A DNA stretch of 64,000 nucleotides from Octopus sinensis. Taxonomy: Eukaryota. The notes under the pieces were generated by a model. It ran no database searches, was not told where the DNA came from, and was given only the letters and a program-made list of their open reading frames with translations. Positions 1-10,417 of this stretch are shown piece by piece. The position numbers and the translations under genes were made by a program. Location: NCBI RefSeq assembly GCF_006345805.1, contig NC_043010.1:16802001-16866000 (forward strand), in the 5' to 3' direction. Each line of letters begins with the position of its first letter. Position 1 is the stretch's first letter.

Positions 1-209
1 CCACCCTCACCCACCCCCACCACCTCGAAGCAACTTTTACCACCCCATACACTTTCTCTCTTCTCCCATCCCTTTTGCCTTTTCTCTCCCTCCCCTTACC
101 CCTCCTCCTCCTCCTTTCTCGCTAGCTTTTTGCTCACTCCTCTGCTGTCCACTTTGCTTTAATTATCTAATGCATTAAGTTAATTAAGTTCATTAATTAA
201 TTAACAAAC

Positions 210-250
210 CAAAGGCCACTACTTGCATTGCACTGCTTCAGTTCTCTTGC
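210..250 (-). CDS. Candidate internal exon (41 nt, ARELKQCNASSGL) of the unidentified minus-strand gene
   Basis: Minus strand reads tttagttaagtttcag|GCAAGA...CCTTTG|gtttgt. Only phase 0 is open, which matches the phase-0 end of exon 7808-7903. Short, so it could be chance. Confidence 0.33.
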
Positions 251-954
251 CTGAAACTTAACTAAAGTAGCTGCCACCATCACCATCACCACCACCACCA
301 CCATAATATGAACAACAACGTGTGGGAGCTTTTACAATGTTACTTTAACTGTTAGAAAAAGCAACCAAATGTCCCTCATATTCCACCTCTACCAGGTAAA
401 AAAAAAAAAAGAAAAACACAGTGGTCAGAGCCAGATTTATTTGATCACAGATCGGCTCAGTCACAGCTAACCTGGAGCTAAACAACAACAACAACAAGAG
501 TAAGGGCAATAATATAATAATTCTCTCAATTGCAGCAGCTACAATGAGATCCTATATAGGGTTGCTCAAACATATAGAAATAGCAGCCAAATGAATGTCC
601 CTTAAACCACACACCAATGTCTGAAGATTGAACACACTGGATAATGCAGTCTAGGATACACTTTGACTGAAAAATGATGAGGTGGTCATGGCTGGAGCTG
701 CTTTCATCATAATTCAGTTTGGTTAAGGCCGATGTTTTCTTTTTTAGTGGCTGTTTCTGGAAGAAGTGACTGTGGCCATGAGATTTGCAAATCTTACAAG
801 ACGGATGAGATTGATGTTGTTAGCGTTCTGGTTAAACTATGGAAATCAACGCAAAGAAACAAGCAAAGAGAGAGTTCCAGAGGACCAACGTTCTGCAAAA
901 GAAGAATTGTGTGTTGTAGTTTGTGGGGCCCTATTCTCTAAACACTCATGAAAT

Positions 955-2410
955 TTTGCATGCCTCTGATTTTTCCCCATCATAACCAGGCTCCCTGGTG
1001 CTGCATCCCATCATTGTTGCTGACTCTTTCTCCTCCTTAATGCTCACACCTCATTCCAGATCAGTAACCTCCTTCACTTTCCTTGCACTTTGTCATGCCA
1101 GGGTGTCATGCTCCTACCCAGGCTAGTCCTTCCATAAGGTACAACACCCCACAGCACTCAATGTCTTAGTCATGACTCTACAGCCTCAATTACTCTCCAC
1201 AGTCATCTTGTACTGATCGCAATACCAGCCTGACAGACTTTTGGATCACAAGAGCCTTGGTATTGCAGCACCTCCCCAGCACAGGTCACCACAAATTCTA
1301 TGTCCAAGTTGCTGATGGGAGACCTGCAACTCATTTTCCTGTCCATTCTAAGTGATGCTGCCTGAGCTCTGAGAGAGTCCCAGCTGTTTCCACAGGAATC
1401 TGTGAACCCTTCTCTCCAATGTGGATACTCTCTACTGTGGATACTGGGACCTCATATATGAAAAATGACCAAAACATTTGTAGGAGGATGCATCCAGGTC
1501 TTAAAATTTCCAGATAGACACTTGTCCCCAGTGGATAGGCAGGCTTCCAATTCTTAGTAGGTCTCATGGATAGATGATGTGTCTTTGAGGCTGCTTGTAA
1601 ACACCTCTCCCAGGCCCTTCCCTGGTTTCTCAGTGGTATCTCTACACTACAAACCAAGAAGTTGAACCTTTCTTCAGCACAGGATATCTGAACTTGAATG
1701 ATTTGAAACTCGAGCGACTCCAAGTCATCAACTCCGCAAGACTCTTTAGGATCCTCCTGCCCTTCATGACTGATATTTTCATAATGAGGTCATCCATAAA
1801 GGCCGAGTGGGATGGTTCAATGGACACTAGACATGGCGAGCAGCCCTCTGCACATCAGCTGATTTTACTGGTATGTTCAATGCAAGTGCAAAAAGGGTCA
1901 CTGAACTAGTATGCTCAGTGGTATGTACTCTGCTTGAGCTTTTGTCACTCTGATGTCATAGTAGTGTAGAATGAGGTCATGATGTCTGTTCAAAGACTCT
2001 TCAGCCAATTTATGGAATATGAACCTATAGGCATTTGCTACATTTAGCCACAACTCCTTTATTCTCTTGAGATCCCCTGATTAACTGGGTGACCACACCT
2101 AAGTGCTCCAGGCAGCCTGATATCATTAAGACGCCAGCTTTCTGAACTGAAGTATCAATGCAGAAATTTCTCAGGATGTAGTCCTTTAGGAGTTAGGCGT
2201 TAATCCTGAAGACTGAGTAGCAACATTATTCGAAACTGATCTTTCACACTTCCTTCTTTGGAATCCATATCCCTTTTGCACACCTTCACTGCTAAGCTGC
2301 CTTTTCTCTCCTTAGTATCTGGAACCTACAGAGCACCCTTGAGCAATTCTTACACACTATGTAAGGTGGCCCACTTCATCATGGAGCTGATTCTGTCCTT
2401 GTCTTCTTGA
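955..2410 (-). mobile_element. Degenerate HERO-like (R2/NeSL-related, RLE-type) non-LTR retrotransposon RT fragment
   Basis: Frameshifted minus-strand translations give SGPPYIVCKNC, IDTSVQK..GCLEH.GVVTQLI, LWLNVANAYRFIFHKLAEESLNRH, SAFMDDL..K.RRILKSLAELMTWSRSSFKSFKFRYPVLKKG and YGRTSLG. These match the motif order recalled for HERO-clade ORFs. Many stops. Confidence 0.78.
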
Positions 2411-2521
2411 TTCTCTTTCCTTCTTATATTTTACACAAACCTGAAGCATACAAATTAAATGATTCCAAAATATCCCTGTTTGCTTTGACTTCATCATTAC
2501 ATCTTATTTATAGACACCATC

Positions 2522-2790
2522 CTCCTCCTCCTCATCATCATCGTTTAACGTCTGTTTTCCATGCTAGCATGGGTTGGACGGTTCGACCGCAGTCTGGAAA
2601 GCCAGGAGGCTGCACCAGGCTCCAGTCTGATCTGGCAGTGTTTCTACAGCTGGATGCCCTTCCTAATGCCAACCACTCCATGAGTGTAGTGGGTGCTTTT
2701 TACATGCCACTGGTACAGGTGCCAAGGGAGGCTGGCAATGGCCACGATCAGTTGGTGCTTTTTACGTGCCACTGGCACGGAAGCCAGTCA
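2522..2790 (-). mobile_element. RTE-tail-derived SINE or 5'-truncated LINE end (family R). Other copies at about 5545-5845(+), 8050-8310(+), 14990-15260(-), 21150-21400(+), 23900-24100(+), 26820-27060(-), 30860-31070(-), 31930-32140(+), 42360-42540(+)
   Basis: Recurrent motifs gcacgtaaaaagcacc, ggttggcgttaggaagggcatccagc, aacccatgctagcatggaaa and a (GAT)n tail. The same sequence forms the 3' UTR of the LINE at 8810-10017. Confidence 0.85.
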
Positions 2791-2832
2791 AGGTATGTTT
2801 CTTCTCTCTCTCTCTCTCCTTCTCTCTGCAAG

Positions 2833-2874
<42 letters not shown>

Positions 2875-2879
2875 TTTCT

Positions 2880-3160
2880 TTTCAGAATGAGATAAAAAAA
2901 GCAAGGCTGTGAAGATTTTAGAACATTTATAAATAGGTCTTACAGCTGTTTCCAGGATAATTATTATATCCCTTCATCGGAGATGGTGTGAGATAATGGT
3001 TAAGCAATAGTTAAATTAGATAAGATATGAAATAGAGAGTGAAGTGAAAATAGATGTGAGATATGCAGGGATATTGCATTTGTAGATCCAGCTGTAAGAC
3101 TTTCTATTAATAAATGTTCTAAAATCTTCACAGCCTTGGTTTTTTTTCTCGTTCTGAAAA
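2880..3160. repeat. Foldback element with ~70-bp inverted termini
   Basis: 2881-2950 ttcagaatgagataaaaaaagcaaggctgtgaagattttagaacatttat...cttacagctg is the near reverse complement of 3088-3160 cagctgtaagac...ataaatgttctaaaatcttcacagccttgg...ctcgttctgaa. Confidence 0.8.
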
Positions 3161-3295
3161 ATTTTTTTTATATTTTGCTTACAAACCACATGGTTCCATG
3201 TTCAGTCTCACTGGGCAAGTATCTTCTACTATAGCCTTGGGCCAACCAAAGCCTTGTGAGTGGATTTGGTAGATGGAAACTGAAAGAAGCCTGTC

Positions 3296-3357
<62 letters not shown>

Positions 3358-3717
3358 ATATGTTTGTGTGTCTGTGTTTGTCCCCCCAACATCGCTTGAC
3401 AACCGATGCTGGTGTGTTTACGACCCTGTAACTTAGCGGTTCAGCAAAAGAGAACCAATAGAATAAGTACTAGGCTTACAAAGAATAAGTCCTGGGGTCG
3501 ATTTGCTTGACTAAAGACGGTGCTCCAGCATGGCCACAGTCACATGACTGAAACAAGTAAAAGAGTATATATACACACGCTGATATATGACCTACACTGG
3601 ACTCCTTATTCGCATAATCACCGAACCTGGAGCTTAACTATGGTCTATCCATAGCACTTACTTATAGCATTACCTGACACCTTGGGGTCTTATTGACACC
3701 ATTACCTCTCATAACCT

Positions 3718-3817
3718 TCATATATATATATATATGTATGTATGTATATATGTGTGTATATATATATATGTGTGTATATAAATATGTGTGTATATATATG
3801 TGTGTATATATATGTGC

Positions 3818-3875
<58 letters not shown>

Positions 3876-3897
3876 TATATATATATATATGTATGTA

Positions 3898-3944
<47 letters not shown>

Positions 3945-3988
3945 ATATGTGTGTGTGTATATATTTATATATATATATATATATATAG
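3718..3988. repeat. Compound (TA)n/(TG)n microsatellite. Similar large arrays at 28750-29410, 31310-31700, 37528-37890, 44070-44370, 46380-46570, 49630-49980
   Basis: Directly visible; these arrays produce the YIYI/CVCV pseudo-ORFs in the track. Confidence 0.97.
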
Positions 3989-6308
3989 TGAGAGAGAGAG
4001 AGATTATACAATAATATATAGGACAGATTGGAAGTTGAAAATTTCACAGTGCTAATCAAAGGTTTTCATTTACAATATTTCGAGACTGCAAAAGTACTCA
4101 ATACAAGTTTCTGCTGGAATGGTGTAGTGTCTGTTAATTTATGTTAATCTATGCAAAATGACTTTACCACTTCATTGACAGCATGAAGCAATGCACAGTA
4201 GGCCGGGCCTTTCACAATGGCAACATATTACCAGTGTGTGTTGTGATGAAGAGGGTCAATTGAATGGCTCCGTCTCTCATGGAATTCACAATGTTGCAAT
4301 GTTGGCTAATTTCACAAGCGTTGCTGTAGAATCACAAACAGGATCCTGTGGAAAAAATGGTCAATAAGTCTCCTTGCTACTTTTCATGGATTGATTGCTG
4401 CAAAGACTGAAGGAAATCAGCACAATATTGATCCGTAATATGGATCTTGTAATCCATGCTGTCAATAAGGATTACATGCTCACTGGCCGACAGAATGGTG
4501 CATGTCATTTCGATGGTACTGGTTTAGATCTTGTATTTCTTCGATGTAGGGATGGGGCAGGCATTAGGATATTTTCATCATGTCAGTTCACGTTTTGTTT
4601 GGAACAGATTTATAAGAATTTATTTAATTTCCAGCTTTTGATTAACATCTCAGAACCCTATTCGCTTGTAGAATTATGCTGAGATGAGAACAGACCTGGG
4701 GCTATATAACGATGACAACAACAGCAACAACAACAGCAACAGCAGCAGCAGCAATCTTCTCCTTCCCTGCTTTTGGGTCAATCAGCCAAAGGATTCTTCT
4801 TTGAATTTAAATATTCAAAGAATGCCAAATCAACTGAACCATTCTTGTTTTACCAGTTACAGTCATTGGACAGTACCTAGGATGGTACTGTCACATTCAA
4901 AAGTCAACTCAATAATTTTACTACTCTGACTAATTAACTAGTATTTATTTGGTAACACCATTCCTGACAAATCACAAATTCGTTTCTAAAGTGTCGCATG
5001 ATTTTTAAAAATTTTGATTTATGATCACAACTTGCTCTGCAAAACTGTGCTTTCTTTCTCTCTCTCTCCCATACACGCACACACACATGCACACATAAAT
5101 ATTCATTCAATTTTACCTGTTTTTCCACACCTGCCTAAGTTGGACATTTATCGAGGCATTGCTTTGATAGCTCAATGCCCTTCCTGTAAGCAACCCTTCC
5201 TCAATTTTCTTGTAAGGGGGAGCACCAAGCTACATAACTTCAAAAGGACAAAGTCAGCAGACAAGTGATATGACAACAACATCACTGTCCATGGCTGAGG
5301 GATTTGGGGACAAGAGCAAACATAAATAAACACTCAGATGTACACACACACACACGCGCTTTAGTTTCTGTCCACCAAATCCACTCACAAGGCTTCAGTC
5401 AACTCCTGGCTGTAGTTGAAGATACTTGCCCAAGGTGTGATAAAATGGGACCGAATCTGATACTCTGTGGTTGGAAATGAGACTTCTCAGCCATACAGCC
5501 ATGCATGCACTTACATATATCTATAAACACACATGCATATATGGTGGCACATAAAAAGCACCATCCGAATCATGGCCGTTGCCAGCCTCGCCTGGCCCCC
5601 GTGCCAGTGGCACGTAAAAAGCACCATCCAACCATGGCCGTTTGCCAGCCCCGTCTGGCACATAAAAAGCACCCACTACACTCATGGAGTGGTTGGCGTT
5701 AGGAAGGGCATCCAGCCATAGAAACATTGCCAGATCAAACTGGGCCTGGTGCAGCCTTCTGGCTTCCCAGACCCCAGTTGAACCATCCAACCCATGCTAG
5801 CATGGAAAGCAGACACTAAACAATGATGATGCTGATGATGATGATGACACCCTTACACCAATCTCTGTAGAAGAATATGAGGAGAAGTTAGTTTCAGTTT
5901 CTTGTTTCTCCTCTGACACTCTCTGCATCTCCATCTTCCCATTTATTGTTAAACAACAGATTGAATTTATGAAAAAAAACAATAACAGTAACATTTTATT
6001 TTCCGGTTAATGCATTTATTATCAATTTTGTCCTGCTTCTAGACAGTTCTATTAAAATTTGAGAGAGAGTAGTTATGGGGTATCTATAGTGTAAATAGTA
6101 ACACATTTACCTGGTGAGGAAAGGGGTGCAATTTCCTGCAGTTTCCTGTCAGTCAGCTTACTCTTACTTTTTATTCATAAACAGTTGTTTACAATGTAAA
6201 CCATTCCCTGATGCTTGCATTGTATAACTCCTCGCTCTCTCTCTCTTTATATATATTGCTATTAGATTGGTATACAATATTGTAAGCAATATTTTCAAAA
6301 GTTAAATT

Positions 6309-6345
<37 letters not shown>

Positions 6346-7118
6346 AATTTGTTCACTTGCTTTACTTCTGTCTTACCATGCCTGCATGGGTTTGATGAAT
6401 ATGTTATTTGAGGCATTGTTTTACAACTGGACGCTCTTCCTGTCACTAACCCTCACCTGTTCTGAAGTAACAGATTTCTTATTTCACATGGCTTCAAAGG
6501 CACAAAGCCACTGGGTAATTTGTTGACTAGGGAAATGACATCCCTATTTTATTTACCCTTCTATCTGTCTGTCTGTCTGCCTGCCTATCTCTCTCTCTAT
6601 CTCCCCCTCTCTCTCTATCTATCTATCAAACATGGTATATGTGTGTATATTTGTGGCAACTTATATATATATTTGTGTGTGTGTGTGGTGTGTGTGTGTG
6701 TGTGAGTGTGTGTATATATGTTAAAAGAAAGGAGCAGAGCGACTGTATGTTTATTTTGATAGAAAGGCTGATCTTTTTGATGACATCAGTGAAAACACCC
6801 CAAAACTTACGTTAGGCAAAGGGTTGGGGGGAAAATTAAGTCAAAAATGTTGTTGTGGCCTCTGAACTATCTTGACAACTACCACCACCACCACCTCTCC
6901 AATACAAAACCACTGCCTAGACACTACCAACAACCACCACCACCACCACCTCTACAGACAATGATGGAAGCAGATCTGGCATTGCTGCAGCTGCTGCTGG
7001 TGCTGCCGCTGCCAGTAATAGTTTCTACAGCAGTACTGACTGCAAAGACTAACAACCAGTTGCAACAATGCTAATGGTGCATTCATTAGTTCTGCTACTA
7101 AACCAGCAGCTGCTGCAC

Positions 7119-7124
7119 TTACAA
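7119..7124 (-). CDS. Candidate terminal coding stub (TTG TAA) or 2-nt microexon after a very strong acceptor
   Basis: Minus strand reads gtttgtttttc(t)n cag|TT GTAAGT. In phase 0 this gives Leu-stop. AATAAA lies at 6755-6750. Confidence 0.3.
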   Translation of the reverse strand: M

Positions 7125-7179
7125 CTGAAAAAAAAAAAAGAAAAACAAACGAGAGAAGCGACTAACTGTAAACAACAAC

Positions 7180-7670
7180 AGGTTATAGGCAATATCAAGC
7201 TATAGGCAGCAACAGGTTAAAGGCAAGAATAGGTTAAAGACAACTACAGGTTAAACGTAGCTACAGGTTATAGGCAGCAGCAGCAGACTATAGGCAACAT
7301 CAAGTTATAGGCAGCTGCAGACTATAGGCAACATCAGGTTATAGGCAGCTGCAGACTATAGGCAACATCAAGTTATAGGCAGCTGCAGACTATAGGCAAC
7401 ATCAAGTTATAGGCAGCTGCAGACTATAGGCAACATCAGGTTATAGGCAGCTGCAGACTATAGGCAACATCAGGTTATAGGCAGCTGCAGACTATAGGCA
7501 ACATCAGGTTATAGGCAGCTGCAGACTATAGGCAACATCAGGTTATAGGCAGCTGCAGACTATAGGCAACATCAGGTTATAGGCAGCTGCAGACTATAGG
7601 CAACATCAGGTTATAGGCAGCTGCAGACTATAGGCAACATCAGGTTGTAAGCAACAACAGGTTATAGGCA
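7180..7670. repeat. Minisatellite: 11 copies of a 34-bp unit built from two diverged 17-mers, flanked by degenerate 17-mers
   Basis: Unit a(g/a)gttataggcagctgc+agactataggcaacatc. The second half recurs every 34 bp from 7285 to 7625. Confidence 0.96.
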
Positions 7671-7807
7671 TATTGTGTGTTGCAGTTGACGATGGACACA
7701 AACGACAGACTTTGATAATCAATGACAACAGACTTGAAAACAACAACAACGAAAGACAAGAAAACAATAACAAATGCCAGGTAACAGGGAGTTTTCAGTG
7801 TTTTTAC

Positions 7808-7903
7808 CTGAGCAAAAGATTCCAGCAGCAGTGACTTAATGCAAAGTTTTGTTGGAGATTTTTGTTCTTCACCTGACCCTGGTGTGTTATCAACCTCAGA
7901 AAA
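7808..7903 (-). CDS. Probable coding exon (96 nt, phase 0-0: FSEVDNTPGSGEEQKSPTKLCIKSLLLESFAQ), product unknown
   Basis: ggattcccttttag| acceptor, CAG|gtaaaa donor, length divisible by 3, non-repetitive protein-like frame. A second frame (phase 2) is also open. Confidence 0.58.
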
Positions 7904-8456
7904 CTAAAAGGGAATCCAACCTATGTCCATCAGACAATATCTAAACAAATCAACTGATCTCCTAAAATCTCTGTGGAAATCATTAACCCTCAACTATATC
8001 AACCCATTTCCCACTATTTCTGTGGCACCAATTACTTTATATATTGACTGGCTTCCGCACCAGTGGCGCATAAAAAGCACCAACCGATCATGGTCGTTGC
8101 CAGCCTCCTCTGGCCCCTGTGCTGGGGGCACGTAAAAAGCACCCACTACACTCACGGAGTGGTTGGCGTTAGGAAGGGCATCCAGCTGTGGAAACACTGC
8201 CAAGTCAGACTGGAGCCTGGTGCAGCCTCCTGGCTTCCCAGACCCTGGTCAAACCGTCCAACCCGTGTTAGCACGGAAAACGGACATTAAACCGATGATG
8301 ATGATGATTTTTTGCATATAAACCACCACCCCTTTCATGTTTATAATACTTTGATTCCATGCCCCAGCATGGCCAGAGCCAATGACTGAAACCAATAATA
8401 GAATAACTAAATACATGTCAATCTTTTGTAAATAAAATAAAATGATTTTAATTTAC

Positions 8457-8522
8457 AATTGGCGTTGCCATCTTCAGCAGGAAGCCAAGGCTAACATATA
8501 GACACGAGGCGATTAAGACCAT
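8457..8522 (-). CDS. Candidate first coding exon MVLIASCLYVSLGFLLKMATPI (signal-peptide-like)
   Basis: Two in-frame ATGs in good context (ggcATGG, aagATGG), a 15-residue hydrophobic core and an ATT|gtaaat donor in phase 0, compatible with 7808-7903. Confidence 0.4.
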
Positions 8523-8620
8523 GCCTTATGTTTATATGTTATAACTTTTCAAAATCTACCACGCACGCACGGTTTTTTCGGCAGTAAATACAAGTGCCGG
8601 TTTTCTTTCAAAATTAGCCA
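8460..8620 (-). promoter_or_regulatory. CpG islet, candidate internal promoter
   Basis: About 8 CpG in ~140 bp by hand count, in otherwise CpG-poor DNA. Contains a YY1-like AAGATGGC. Confidence 0.4.
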
Positions 8621-8809
8621 AAAGAGCCTTTTATCATTAATTAATAAATCTTAGGGTATATATGTTTAAATATCACTCTCACTGATTGACTGACAATTAT
8701 ATTAAAGCATCTAACAGACATTAGGATTACATCCAGCAGATAAAGACTTGTGCATATATGTTTCACATACGAGAAAAGTGTGAGTGTGTGTGTGTATTGA
8801 TTTACAAGA

Positions 8810-10017
8810 CTGGAAGTCCATGGCAACTCCTATATGTTGATGATTCTAGCCTCATAGCAGAATCTGTAACAGAATTAGAAAAGAAATTCCAAGTGTGGAA
8901 GCAGAACCAGGAATCTAAGGGCCTTAGAGTAAACTTGGCCACAACCAAGGTCCTAGTAAGCAAGAAATCAGACAGCACCTGTCACCCTTCTAGTAAATGG
9001 CCCTGCTCAATATGTAGGAAGAGTGGAGGCAGAAATTTCATTCGGTGTACCCAGTGCAAGCTATGGCCACACAAGAGGTGCAGTGGAATAGTAAGAAGGT
9101 TAACAGAGAAAGTATTGTTTGTATGTGGAAAGTGTATGGGAGCCATAAAGTCCACAGGTACACAGGAAACTGATTTGCTCAAATATCCCAGTAGCTCTCT
9201 GGAAGTTGCAGATAATTTTTGCTACCGAGGTGACCTAATTAGCAGTGGAGGAGGTTGTGCAGTCAGTGTAGTTGCTAGAATAAGAATAGGATGGAGAAAG
9301 TTCGAGCTTTTACCTCAGTTGGCAACCAAAGGTCTCTCTCTTTCTCTGAGTGAAGGGAAAATTTTAAGATGCATGTGTACACACTGCAATGCTACATGGT
9401 CCCTGAATGCAGAGAACATACAAAGACTGGAGAGGAATGAAGCCGGTATACTCCACTGGATGTGTGATGTCAGTGTGCATGAGTGAAAAGAGCATTGATG
9501 TATCGAGGGAAAAGTAGGGTATAAGAGGAATTATATGCAGGGTGCATGAGAGGAGACTGTACTGGTTTGACCAGGTGATATGAATGGATGAAGACAGTTG
9601 CATAAAGAAGTGCCAATCACTCAAAGTGGAGAGAAGTTGCGGAAGAGGGAGACCCAGGAAGGCCTGGAATGAAGTACTGAAGGTTGATCTCAAAATGTTG
9701 AACCTTATGAAGGAGATGACAAAGGACCGAGATATGTAGTGCAATGTTGTACTCCAGAAGACCCGCCTACCAAAACAGAACTGAGATCCTAAAACCAAGG
9801 GGCCACCTAAAAAGCACTGGCAATGGTGCCACATAAAAAGCACCCCGTATACTTTGTGGAGTGGGAGTGATCAACATTAAGGAAGAGCATCCGGCCATAG
9901 AAACCAAGCCCAATCAGGCTATGGAACCTGATGTGGCCCCTGGCCTTACCAGTTCCTTTCAAACCAGCCAACCAACCAAGCCAGCCATGGAAAACAGATG
10001 TTAAATGATGATGAAGA
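8810..10017 (+). mobile_element. 5'-truncated RTE-clade LINE: RT C-terminal half with an embedded PHD-type zinc finger, ORF end and 3' UTR with (GAT)n tail
   Basis: ORF 8758-9486 contains PWQLLYVDD, KGLRVNLATTK, WPCSICRK...RCTQCKLWPHKRCSG...FVCGKC and NFCYRGDLISSGGGC..SVVARIRIGWRKF. Degenerate WFDQVI/RGRPRKAW follows, then the family R tail. Confidence 0.93.
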
Positions 10018-10351
10018 CTTATAGGCAGAGGCATGGCTGTGTGGCAAGAAGTTTACTTCCCAACTGCATGGTTCTGGGTTCAGTCCCAATGAGAAGCCTC
10101 TTGGGCAAGAGTTCTCTGCTCTAGCCTTGGGCTGAGAAAGCCTTGTGATTAGATTTGGTGGATGGAAAATGAAAGAAGCCTGTTGTGTGTATGTGTGTGA
10201 GTGGGTGTGATTGTTAATGTGTTGTAAACTTCAAGGGCAGAGCAAGTGACAGTAAAGAAATCGTTTACAATTTTTCACAGCCTTTTATTTTTCAATGTTT
10301 TTAATTAAAAAAAGAAAGAAAACTGTGGTCTCTCCAATAACACCAATCTAC

Positions 10352-10417
10352 CATATCCTGTGTTGGACCTGGCAATCCAACAAACACATTACACTGCCTC
10401 ATATCATCTCTGTTCAA
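10352..10417 (-). CDS. Candidate exon (66 nt, phase 0-0: LNRDDMRQCNVFVGLPGPTQDM)
   Basis: gtacttttgtggtttttag| acceptor and an open phase-0 frame compatible with neighbouring exons. The ATG|gtagat donor is weak. Confidence 0.35.

Noticed and set aside
732-951. Two short plus-strand ORFs after a strong acceptor
   Set aside because: No motif or partner exon recognised; possibly decayed transposon.
4050-4680. Possible Helitron PIF1 helicase remnant (minus strand; SIHEK*QG, YVAIVK)
   Set aside because: Similarity is limited to a few residues in broken frames; it needs a translated HMM search.
5117-5134. 18-nt minus-strand microexon (AGVEKQ, gtaaaa donor)
   Set aside because: Poor pyrimidine tract and adjacent to a decayed repeat.
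6110-6144. 35-nt minus-strand exon with CAG|gtaaat donor
   Set aside because: The acceptor region is purine-rich.
7180-7670. CRISPR-like regular repeat
   Set aside because: Units are contiguous with no unique spacers, there are no cas genes, and the context is eukaryotic.
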